Translations under genes and position numbers: made by a program
Shown here: in pieces, positions 10,091-20,285 of the stretch
How the letters are laid out: every line of letters begins with the position of its first letter
Position numbering within the stretch: the stretch's first letter is position 1
The notes under the pieces: generated by a model
What the model was told of the DNA's origin: nothing
Seen by the model: only the letters and a program-made list of their open reading frames with translations
Databases searched by the model: none
Assembly (NCBI GenBank): GCA_051942205.1
Contig: JAVECO010000205.1
Coordinates: 1 to 38,213, forward strand
Length of the DNA: 38,213 bases
Reading direction: 5' to 3'
Source: Coniocarpon cinnabarinum
Taxonomy: Eukaryota

Positions 10091-10993
10091 TCAGAAGACC
10101 ATGCGCATCTTCAACTTGTCACCGGCAACAATCTCATCTCTTCGCGAAAGAAGCTCTTCCATATCCCAACAACAGCTTACATACCGTCCGCCCAGCCATT
10201 CCTGCCTCGCTTGGCTCAGCCATGCTATAGTCGCGCCCGCCAGCTCCGGTTTGTCCGTCAACTTGTCGTGCATCGCGGCTGGTGTGTTGCCAGCGAGCCG
10301 ACTCATTACAGCGCCAGGATGCACACAATACGCCAGCAGACCTTGGTCTCTGTAGTCCTCATACAGCACTTCTGTCCAGCGCAAGATGGCGAGCTTCGAA
10401 GTACGATAACTACCACCCCCTGGTGTGGCAGTCAGGGCGCCAATGCTGGAGAGGTTGATCACCGTGTTCAGTCCGTGTGGCTTTGACAACAACAGCGGCA
10501 AAAATCCACGCGTCATGTTGAGGGTGCCTCGCAGATTCACATCCCATGGCCTCCAGTCGAGATCGGGATCAGCTTCAAGGAGCGGCTTGTACGGAGCGAG
10601 ATACGCAGCATTGTTGATCAGTACATCAAGCTGTGCACCAAACTTGGTCTTGTACAGTTCGACAGCCCTGTGCACTTGGGTGCGATCGGTCACATCGAGG
10701 TCCACGAGCAGCACCTGAGGCAAAGGCTTGTCGGCTGCAGTCGCGGCCTGTTTCAGCTCTGCGTCAAGCTCTTGCCAGGGTGCAATGTCGCCCAGTGCAA
10801 TGAATGACGCACCAGCCTTTGCGAAGGCCAGAGCGGTTGCTCGCCCCACACCGCCCGGTGTTGCAGCACCGGTGATGAAGACGCTGCGGCCGACGAGGTT
10901 GGTGTTCTGGTTCGGATCGATGGCTGGATACGGTTCCGAGTGGATCTGGCTGGTGAAATGGAGACCGGCTGCAGGGAGCTGGCCTTGAGACAT
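10091..10993 (-). CDS. Short-chain dehydrogenase/reductase, 300 aa
   Basis: VFITGAATPGGVGRA glycine motif, LDVTD, LDVLINNAA, catalytic S...YRTSK, VHPGAV. Confidence 0.93.
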   Translation of the reverse strand: MSQGQLPAAGLHFTSQIHSEPYPAIDPNQNTNLVGRSVFITGAATPGGVGRATALAFAKAGASFIALGDIAPWQELDAELKQAATAADKPLPQVLLVDLDVTDRTQVHRAVELYKTKFGAQLDVLINNAAYLAPYKPLLEADPDLDWRPWDVNLRGTLNMTRGFLPLLLSKPHGLNTVINLSSIGALTATPGGGSYRTSKLAILRWTEVLYEDYRDQGLLAYCVHPGAVMSRLAGNTPAAMHDKLTDKPELAGATIAWLSQARQEWLGGRYVSCCWDMEELLSRRDEIVAGDKLKMRMVF

Positions 10994-11624
10994 GGCGCGC
11001 GTTGACGATGCGTAAGGAGCCGCGCTCAGCAGCCGAGTCGGTGGTTGAGCTGGAGGAGGCCAGGATGCCCAAGATTAATGCCCAGGCCCCTTTACTTACT
11101 TGTTTGATGGGTGTGCGTGCTGTGGCCAGACGAGCTTGCGTGGCTGAGCTCGATCAGCATCAGCAGCAGCATGGCGGGGCAGGTTCCGCGCTCATCTCGT
11201 GTAACAGCAAACGCCGCACAAATGTTATCTCGGATTCGTGATCATATCTGATCCTGGGCATTCGTCTTTGTTCAAACACTCCACTGACATCTGCATGCGC
11301 GCCGTTGCACGGAGTGAGTGTGGTCTTACCGTAGCACGACACGCACCTACACAAAGCATATCTCCGTGAAAGAACGATCATCATGCAGTCTGCACTTGTT
11401 CGGCACCATCGTCCATGATGCAGCCCTCCGTCATCGACAATTCGGAGAATTTTTCCTGACAAGTTTGGGAGGGATCCATGCTCAATACAGCGCCAGACAA
11501 GGAGATGGGAATCCTCGGATCGGCTGCTCCCATGGCTGGCCCGGGGATGGTGGGTGGGGGAGGAGGGGGAGAGCAGTAGCCCTACATTTCATACGCCGGC
11601 GAACCCCTTCACAGGGTATGCGTG

Positions 11625-11935
11625 AGTGCTATAGACGCTAAATCACATCAAGACAAGCTACTAAATCGCTCTACTTTAGGGATTATACGCCTTAAGAATT
11701 TCTCAACATACTTTAAATAACAGCGCCCTGGTTTTCAAAAGTTTTTAATACTATAAAGGCTTAGAAAAATTGCAGTCTAACTTGATCGTCTGAACACTCT
11801 TTACCCTAATTTGCTTACTAGGCTCTGGCTAGATATTTAACAATTTTCTAAATTATGTGCACTTGTATTGTGTAAATACTAGGTGCCAATGTGGCGTTCC
11901 TATACTAGGTGTCGGAACGGATTCCTTTCTTTAGT
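11625..11935. repeat. AT-rich, TpA-enriched island; probable RIP-decayed repeat or transposon relic
   Basis: Abrupt drop in GC within a GC-rich intergenic region; dense TA/CTA/TAG words (ctatagacgctaaat, gctactaaat, taatactataaaggcttag, ttactaggc, tatactagg). No terminal repeats identified. Confidence 0.55.
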
Positions 11936-12767
11936 ACCTGGTTGGGAGGTCTTTGTTATCGCCCAGGCCAAGCTTTGGACGGCGTCGAGGACTTTGCGCC
12001 GCGAGCTGCAGGTCCCGTCACACGGCCTGGCGGCGCTGACGATTGGCGCAAACAGCGAGCGGGCCAGGTCACATGACCGTCAGTTGCTGCGTGTGAAGAC
12101 ACCGGGCAGCTGCATGCAGTGGCAGGAGTGGGGACGGAAGTGCAGGCAGTGCAGCATGCGTCTGTGTGAGAGGGCCGCCGAGACGCCACTGATTGGCCGG
12201 GCGCGCGCACGCCTTTTGAGTTTTGCGAGCAACCCAACCTCCCCCAACCTCTCCATGCACGACGCATGCAGTCTTCCTTGACCACTCGGCGCCCACGGTG
12301 AGGGGTTGGCAGGATCCTGCTCGTGCGCCGGGCCGGTCTCGCCAAGCTGGACGATGCGCCGCCCTCGCCACCGGTGGCCACGGTCGGAGCGCTGCAGCGA
12401 GCTGAAAGAGAGACAAAAAACGTCTATGCTTCAATGGTGCGAGTGCGGTGTGTGCGAGCGGAAGGGCATACGGGCAGGAGAAGGGGGGCACAGGCATGTC
12501 ACGATCTGGTCCAGACTGAGACACCACGCGAGGAGAGCGTCGACGAGGATGTGCGGAGCTTGCTGACTCTATACCAGGACTACGTACTCCGTACACTGAC
12601 TAGAGCACGCGTGCGGGGCTGGGGGTTTTTTGCGAGCAGCGACATGTAAACGTAGTGGTGACGTGGGCGGGCCTTTGTCCTTCCCCTCAGGCGAGTCCAA
12701 GCGTCAGGGCGCGCATAGGCGCATTCGACGCTCTCTCCACACACGCACACGCAGCCAGCCGGGCCTT

Positions 12768-12795
12768 GCAGATGCAGATGCAGATGCAGATGCAG
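12768..12795 (+). repeat. (GCAGAT)4+ microsatellite
   Basis: gcagatgcagatgcagatgcagatgcag seen directly. Confidence 0.9.
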
Positions 12796-13431
12796 CGAAT
12801 GCAGCGAGGCCCCGGCTGTCAGAGAAATGGTGCCACGCTCGGCACGAAGGGGGGTCGCAGGGAAAATCGAGCAGCGAGCAGGGAAGACATGTGCACGATG
12901 CGTTCAAACAGGCGCAGCGATCAAGTCGCCAGTCACTAGGGTCAAAATTGGGATGGGCACAGCGGCGTGCAAATTGCAAGCGTTGGGGGAGTGGTCCAGT
13001 GGGAGCCCTGGATGGGACTTGGGATTTTGGCTGCCGCGTGAGGCGACGCGATGCCAGCAAGCTGCTCGCCGGCGTAGGGGGATGAAGAGACTGCTTGCGC
13101 ACAAGAGGCGACGGCTGATTCCTTGTGGAGGGATGTCCGGCGTGCCAGGCCTGCAGCTGGGCAGGACGAGGGGCGTCGCGTAGATTGGCATCGTCCGACA
13201 GCCTTAATGAGGTTCTGGCTGCCGTGTGTGTGCGTGCGTGTGCGGGCTGGTGGTTGAGAAGCAGGACAGGGAGAGCAACCTACCTGAGATTGCTGGTCGA
13301 GTGCACGAGCGTGGGAGTTCAGAGAGTCATAGCGACATTTTCCAAATAGGGGTGGTGAGATAGCGCGTCTGTGGGCCAATTTCTTTTGCTCAGCTAAAGT
13401 TCTCGTCACTATCCACTGTCCACGCCCACAC

Positions 13432-13530
13432 ATCTCTCTCCCTCTCTCTCTCTCTTCCTCCTGCTCCTCTCGACCTACCTTACTGCTCCTCGCACCTGAC
13501 CACCTCCCCAATCAATCAATCAATCCTCTC
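13432..13530 (+). promoter_or_regulatory. CT-rich core promoter/leader tract with (CT)n and (CAAT)4 repeats upstream of the RRM-R3H gene
   Basis: tctctctccctctctctctctcttcctc and caatcaatcaatcaat; CT boxes typically lie near transcription starts in filamentous fungi. Confidence 0.5.
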
Positions 13531-14036
13531 CATCCCGCTGCTCGCTCACGCGCTGTCTCCTCCCATCGACCGCCCTCTCTGCGCGGCCCATCACTACCCT
13601 TCCTTCTCGCCCCAAGTCACGCTCCGCCTCCGTCATCATTCATCACCCACGCCATTCTTTCCCACTGGAGAGCTCCTACCACCCGACCAGCTGGTGGCTC
13701 ATCTCCGCTCCTTGAACGCATCCACCCCCAACACTTTGCTGCTTACGGCGCTAGTCCTCCCTTTCATCTGAGGCCTTTGCTCCTTGCAAACGCGTTGCGT
13801 CTTCGAGTTTCCTCGGCGCTCCGGCCGTGCACCGTTCTGAAAGGGAGGCACGCTGTCTCAGACTTGATTCGTCCGTTGCTCAGCTCAGTCAGCAACGCGA
13901 CCACCATTCTCATCACCAGAACCACGATCCGAAGCTCAACGAGTGTCAGGTCCTGCGTCCTACCAACCTCGCAACACCTCGTCACGCCTCACACGCAGGC
14001 TCAGTTTGGTAGCAGTCACTCCTTGAACTTCACGAC

Positions 14037-15905
14037 ATGAACGGCCTTCCCAGTCACGATCAATTTGATGCCTCCAACAGCCCTCCACGAGCTCGCCCCT
14101 ACTACACACAATCGCTGAATCGTGGGGCGACTCGCCCTTCGGAGAATTTCAACTCGGATCCCATGTACGCTAATGACGACCTGCCTTCGAGATACGATCA
14201 ATCACGCAATTACGAGCGAATGAACTCTGCGATGCAAAATTACGGCGGATACGATATGAGCATGCCCGCTGCGTGGAACTCGTCCGGCTTCGGTCAAAAC
14301 AGCAACCATCTCGCGGCCTTGGGTGCCACTACCCGTGGCAAGCCGCCAGGTGCTGCTCGACGTCCAATTCCCAATGTAAGTCCTGCTGACTCCGGCCATC
14401 GTGGGATATCTAACAATGTTGAGATGTGGCTCGATCAGCCACCCCCGCCCATGCCAGGTCAAACGCAATATCCTGGATTTGGGAATTCCCCTCTCGGTTT
14501 TACGCCCATGCGTCCCAATGACTTGAATGCTGAAGGCGACGACGAGCTTATTCCCACAGCCATCGTGATTAAGAACATTCCCTTCGCCGTCAAAAAGGAA
14601 CAGCTTGTGCAGGTTATGACGGAGATGAGCTTGCCGTTGCCATATGCATTCAACTACCACTTCGACAATGGCGTGTTTCGAGGCCTGGCTTTCGCCAACT
14701 TTACGACGCCCGAGGAAACCGCGGCTGTCATTCAAGGCATGAATCATCTTGATCTTCATGGACGCAAACTCCGCGTTGAGTACAAGAAAATGCTGCCACA
14801 GGCGGAGAGAGATCGCATCGAGCGTGAGAAACGTGAACGACGGGGTCAGTTGGAGGAACAACATCGTCCATTGGGCGCGGGTCTCCAAAGTCAGCCGTCC
14901 ATGTCATCCGTCTCCTCCAGAGTGCAAACTCAGTCACCGTCTCTCACCCCTGGCAATCGTCCCATGCCGGGTCTCGACATGAACGATCCGACGGTCCTCC
15001 AATACTACTCCCGCCTCATCCTTTTCCAGAGCGATCACAATGGCGAAGAGTATCTGCCATTCCCACCAGATCTACCATCAGGCCACCGAACGATCATTCA
15101 TGGCTTGGCCCATTCTCTTGGACTCCACCATGAGTCTCAAGGCGAAGGTGATCAACGCCGTATTGTTGTCTATCGCCGTGGCGCCCAAGGTGGACTTTCA
15201 GACCAGACTCGCCGCCAGCTCAACCGTGCGGCAACGACCAATTTCGACGAGGCTCGCGGGGTCGAGCCTTTCCTCAACGGCCCTGCATCCCAGTCGCAGG
15301 GTCTGCTCGGAGGACTCTCCGATACTCAAGGGGGACTGTCACTCGGGACCAATCTTCGAGCTGCAAAATCATTTGCCGACTTGCGCTCCTGGACCCCGTC
15401 GCCTGCACAGTCTGTCGGCAGCTTTGCGCCTCAGTTATCCGGCAATACGGTGCCCTCTCGATTCCAGGAATACGCGCCAGGAAGCCCTGGCTCATCTCGT
15501 TCCAACATCACGCCCACGACAGCGACCATGCCCGGCAACGCCGACGGACTTCTCAATGGCATGAACAACATGACTCTTGGTGGATCCACTGCTGGCTTCC
15601 ATGCCACCAGTGGTAGCCCTCACCGACTCCGAGGAATGATGTCCTGGGACCGGGATGGTGTCACTGACCGTCTTCCATCCGTTTCTAACCCGGGTCCTAT
15701 AGGTGGCCATCGTGCCTACAGCGCAACACATGACGAGCGTGGTCCTCACCGATCCATCTCGCTCCGCCAAGCACGCGGCCAACCGGAACGTGGCTCCATG
15801 TTTCCCCCACGTGGGCGCCAGAATGGACATCAAGCCCGAGGTAGTGACGAGATGTCCAGTCAGAGTAATGTTGAGATTCTCGTGGGTCCTGACCACCAGC
15901 ACTAA
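14037..15905 (+). CDS. PIN4: Pin4/Cip2-like RNA-binding protein (RRM + R3H); probable 48-nt intron 14376-14423 (606 aa spliced, 622 aa retained)
   Basis: IPTAIVIKNIPFAVKKEQL...LPLPYAFNYHFDNGVFRGLAFANF...GRKLRVEYKKMLPQAERDRIEREKRERRGQLEEQH is the Pin4/Cip1/Cip2 RRM signature; R3H motif HRTIIHGLAHSLGLHHES. Confidence 0.9.
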   Translation: MNGLPSHDQFDASNSPPRARPYYTQSLNRGATRPSENFNSDPMYANDDLPSRYDQSRNYERMNSAMQNYGGYDMSMPAAWNSSGFGQNSNHLAALGATTRGKPPGAARRPIPNVSPADSGHRGISNNVEMWLDQPPPPMPGQTQYPGFGNSPLGFTPMRPNDLNAEGDDELIPTAIVIKNIPFAVKKEQLVQVMTEMSLPLPYAFNYHFDNGVFRGLAFANFTTPEETAAVIQGMNHLDLHGRKLRVEYKKMLPQAERDRIEREKRERRGQLEEQHRPLGAGLQSQPSMSSVSSRVQTQSPSLTPGNRPMPGLDMNDPTVLQYYSRLILFQSDHNGEEYLPFPPDLPSGHRTIIHGLAHSLGLHHESQGEGDQRRIVVYRRGAQGGLSDQTRRQLNRAATTNFDEARGVEPFLNGPASQSQGLLGGLSDTQGGLSLGTNLRAAKSFADLRSWTPSPAQSVGSFAPQLSGNTVPSRFQEYAPGSPGSSRSNITPTTATMPGNADGLLNGMNNMTLGGSTAGFHATSGSPHRLRGMMSWDRDGVTDRLPSVSNPGPIGGHRAYSATHDERGPHRSISLRQARGQPERGSMFPPRGRQNGHQARGSDEMSSQSNVEILVGPDHQH

Positions 15906-17064
15906 GACTGTGATTCTAGAAAAAGAAGAAACATCGTTAAATTTCCCTATCCGGAACAAGTTTCTACAACACGCTGTTTCAACACCAGATATTACTTCTC
16001 CCCGTATCCCTCTACCATCAAGAACGCAGTTCACATAACTGCATTCAATCTGCATTCTCATGGAAACATGCCGATGAACGTTTACGCAAGATTCTTCTGG
16101 CTTGATACCCCTCACCCAGCGACCATGGGCTGGACTTCAATCAAAAATGGCATCATCTCGACGATTGTTATGACGATGCGACGAATGCATCCACGAAGCA
16201 ATGAAGCTAGACTGCTGCTACTACTACCGGATGAAAAACCAAAAACCTCGACCATACACCAACTACACCCGCTACTTGCGCTAATACCTGCTGTTTTTTA
16301 CTCATTTGAGACGGCCACCATCACGATTAGCATGCCATTGTCCGGCCATCTGTTGGGACGGATGGGACATCAGCGACAATCATCACAGCCCTTTTCCTCA
16401 ACATTTGGATGGATACAATGTTGTAGGAAATCCCCAAAGACGCATACGGATTCATGATGGGTGGTTTTCGTGGAATTTTGCCCTTGGGATACCACAGTCT
16501 GTCGGTTTGATTCTCTTTACTTGCTGCTTTACTTTTCGTTGCCTGCTGCTGGTCTGCTCTGTCATTGTGCATGTGGTTCCAAAAACATTATATGGCACCA
16601 ATACATGCAGTGCAGGGCGGGCGCATCGGTACACGTGTGCAACGGGATGGCTGAGCTGTTCCGCGACGCATTTCGTGCGACGATACGGGGCGGGCGGAAG
16701 GCTCGATCACATGGAGCAGTATATTCTGGATGCTGCAAACTTTTCATCTGAGCATGGTTCGATTCGATGCATGTGTCTCCAATCTCCCCCAAGCTATCTT
16801 CACCTACTTGGCACCGGGAGCTTTTTTTTTCTCACACATACATATTTGTGCTGATTTGAGGGATGCTCGAGTGTCTGTGTTCATACCATACTTAATTCCA
16901 TTTCACAACTCGTCTTGCTGTTCCTGTCGCTGGCTTCTTGATCTTGTTTTAGGATGAGATTCGTGTTGGCCGAGAGACGGAATGTTACGTGTCGTGGCTC
17001 CCTCGCGTGATGTCTCTAATGCCTAGTGATCCTGCATTTGTCTCCACTCTGTGCGACGTAGCTA

Positions 17065-17734
17065 GGGATGGTAATAGGGGTGAGGTGGAGGAGGAGGAGG
17101 AGGAGAGGAAGAGGAATAGAATTGGAGGAAGCAAGATAGAGGTCTCTCCCTGTACATGCACACAGCTTAGCACTGTAGCTATAATCATCTATTGCGTGCA
17201 GTCTATATAAGTCTAGGCTTCCCTCTTGATCTTGGCCTTCTAGAATCCTCGAAAATGTCTTTGACTCCTCTTCTCGGGACGGTGGGTAGGGGAGGTGGTA
17301 GAGGAGGAGGAGGAGGAGGAGAAGAGTAACAACAATAGCGTAGAAGAAAGCAAGATAGAGGTCTCTTCCTGTACATGCATATAGCTTAGTACTATAGCTA
17401 TAATTATCTATTGCATATAACTATAAGTCTAGGCTTTACCCTTAATCTTAGCCTTCTAGAATTCTCGAAAATGTCTTTGACTCCTCTTCTCGGGACGGTG
17501 GGAGGGCGGAGGAGAAGAAGGAGGAGGAGAAGAAGAAGAAGAAGAAGGAGGAGGAGGAGGAGGAGGAGAGTAACAAGAACAGCGTGGGAGGAAGCAAGAT
17601 CGAGGTCTTTCTCTGTACATGCACACAGCTTGGTACTGTGGCTATAATCATCTATTGCACATGACTGTAGTCTAGGCTTCACCCTCAATCTTGGCCTTCC
17701 AGAATCCTCGAAAATGTCTTTGACTCCCCTTCTC
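17065..17734. repeat. Three tandem ~210-245 bp units (17065-17275, 17276-17491, 17492-17734), each a GAG/GAA microsatellite + AKR 3'UTR + last ~63 nt of the AKR CDS
   Basis: Shared words gcaagat.gaggtct, ctgtacatgca, gctataat.atctattgc, gtctaggctt and ctcgaaaatgtctttgactcc are present three times; differences are mostly CA->TA/TG->TA. Confidence 0.95.
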
Positions 17735-18685
17735 CTTGATGTCCTGAACTTCCTTCGGGGTCAGCTTGAAAGTGCAACACCGCAAGTAGTCACTGAGTCG
17801 TTGCTCATTCCCACTCGTGGTGATGGTCACAACATCCTGCTCAATATTCCATCTCAGCAATATCTCCGCCTCGCTAACTGCATATTTCTTCGCCAGCCCC
17901 GCCAAATACCCATCCAGCGGTCCATCCGGCGACTTCGTAATAGGTATGAGCGGCGCGTAGCCCGCAGTAGCAATATTGTGCTCTTTGTGGTAGGCGATGA
18001 GGTCGGGTTGGGAGAGGTACGGATGAAATTCGATTTGGTTGATCACGGGGGGGTATTTGGCGGTGGGGAGGATGGCGTCGAGGTGCGTGGTTTGGAAGTT
18101 GGAGACGCCGATGGATTTGGCGAGGCCTTCTTCTTTGAGCTGCTCCATTTGGGACCACGCTGTGCTGAGGTCGTCGTCTGATGTGGCCCAGAAGGGGATG
18201 TGGATGAGGTAGCTGGTAGGACAAGTGTCAGCTTGCCCCTCTATTCGTCCTAGACGTGGCAACAACGAGTTCTCACAGATCAACATAATCCAGCTTCAGC
18301 TTCTTCAAGCTTGCTCTGATCGCGCTAGGTATATCTCCCACACTCTGGTGCACCTTTGTGGTGATGAACAGGTCTTCTCTCTTCTTCCCACTCTCTTTGA
18401 TCGCGGTGCCGAGTTCGGGTTCGGTCTTGTACATCTCTGCACCATCGAGGTGGGTGAAGTCAAGGTTTGTAGCGATTTTGACGCTGTCGATGCACGCCTG
18501 GTCGATCTTTGACTCGTCGCCTGTCTTGTACCATGCGGTGCCTGTGCCATAGCCAAGCATGGGTATGGACGCGCCGTCCGATAGTTTCAGCCGCGGCACT
18601 GGCGTCGAAATCTGTGCCCTTTACATTGCTGTCAGTCTCGCAGCACACGCTTGACCACTGAAAGGCTAGCAACATGGACCTACAT
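17672..18685 (-). CDS. Aldo-keto reductase; exons (18877 or 18685)-18684, 18618-18277, 18212-17672 (294 aa from the intron-split ATG; 358 aa if started at 18877)
   Basis: IPMLGYGTGTAW, LDGAEMY, REDLFITTK, LKLDYVDL|YLIHIP, GLAKSIGVSNF, INQIEFHPYL; D-Y-K-H tetrad present. Introns 18683-18619 (GTAGGT..CTGAC..AAG) and 18276-18213 (GTGAGA..CTGAC..CAG). Confidence 0.92.
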
Positions 18686-20285
18686 GACTTCCCAGTTGTG
18701 CTTCTGCAACGGCGGCGGATGCGGACACTCTTCAAAGGGCGGCTGCGGCGGATGTCTATAACTCTGATGTATGCGATATCGCTTCTCAGCGTAATGCACG
18801 AGCTGTTCAACACGATCGGCAGTGGTGTCGGAGCCCTGCAGGCGCCAGATGTCTTTCCACGACTTGATCGGCGCCATTGGGATGCAGGTTGCGAGGCATC
18901 CACGCGCGCCCGATGACGTCACTGTGCGTGCCTGTTTGCGAATTTGAAACGGAGGAGCGGCGGCGCAAGGAGGCCATGTTGGAGACTATGAATGAGGTGA
19001 TTTGTTTGAAAGATCGGTTGTGGCTACGTTGCAAGGATCGAATAAGTTAATTGCTGGACATCTCAATGGGGCCACGGTGGCTGAGATTGAACACGTGACG
19101 TTTCGCTTCTTGGCTTACACGAAGGAAGGGTTTCATGAACGTGTCATATCGCGACGAGGACAAACGAATTGGCGATTCTCGATGAGGCACAAATACAGAA
19201 AGCGTGTGGAGATAAGTCGCAAGGAAGAAACGATTGCTTGATTCCCTTGATCACTCAAACGTCAGATACACTGCGCAAGGCTAACGATCATCAGCGTCGC
19301 CATAGTCGCTTAGCCATTCGCAAAGTATATTTATTGATAATGCGAAGAGAAGTGCCTGATCTTGTGGTGCGTACGCGCGTGTCATCAAGAGAGGACAGAA
19401 GCAAATGGAAATCATAACGAATGGACGGAGACCGTTTGCAGTCGTTATGCCTTGAAGTATGTTAACCCTGCCCAGCTTTCAATTCGGCACGTGATCAAAC
19501 AAGCGCCAGGGATGATAATCGTGGCCACGCAGCTCGACCTTCGTGATTCAGCCTGTCAGGGAATCCGCAACGCAAGACATTGAACAGTCCTTCGTCTTCT
19601 GCCATGCTGCATTCGCCATTGCCGCTGATAACTAGAGTATCCACGAGCCTTGGTCCTCGCTTCACACCTCTGCTTTCATCCAGCTTGCTACCAAAGATGC
19701 TACCACACCACTGCCGTCAGCTTACGGCCACGACTCCTTATACAACACTAGCGCACGCTGGAAGTTGTATACTAGCGCGTGGGCCGGCCGAGGCGTGGGC
19801 CGGTCTCAAATCTTCCGTCCAGGCGACCAATCATGCTTGGCTTCTCAGCCCGTCAGGCCTGTCCGACCCTTCGACTCGCTGGCCCCGTTTCTGAAAATGG
19901 AACGGCCATTGGGATGGGTGCGCCGCCATGTGCGTTTCGTCTGGTCTGGTTGTCGTTTCTTTCCCCCACTCTTGCCGTCCGTATTACACGCCACGCATCG
20001 AATGCGGCCTTTCAGGGCGTGAGACAAGGCAATCGTTGTATGCGTCTACCCTGTGGCGGGCGAGGTGTATGGGTTGGTTGGTATAAGATCCAGCTCACCC
20101 CCTTCCTCGTACCACCCACGCTCTCTACCATCACTTAGTAATCATTCTTCACGCTGCTGGAAACTTGCACATAACCTGTACTATAGCTCATACCTACAGT
20201 CCAATACTCGATCCAAATTCGACCTTTACATTCACACGTTGCCGCATGAGAGGTGCGCCTGTGGCTGCAGTATCATTTCGTGATC

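Noticed and set aside
11883..13511. Numerous overlapping 60-190 aa ORFs on both strands
   Set aside because: GC-rich intergenic DNA with R/A/P/C-biased translations and no motifs; likely spurious.
14202..16115. Long antisense ORFs (228 aa, 207 aa) within PIN4, and similar ones in other genes
   Set aside because: Expected shadow ORFs of codon-biased sense genes.
17404..17688. Poly-Leu/poly-Arg/poly-Ser-Phe ORFs
   Set aside because: Translations of the GAG/GAA microsatellite.
17065..17734. Repeat-spacer appearance suggesting CRISPR or LTRs
   Set aside because: Eukaryotic locus; the units are ~220-bp copies of the AKR 3' end, the 'spacers' are microsatellites, and there are no cas genes, TG..CA termini or target-site duplications.
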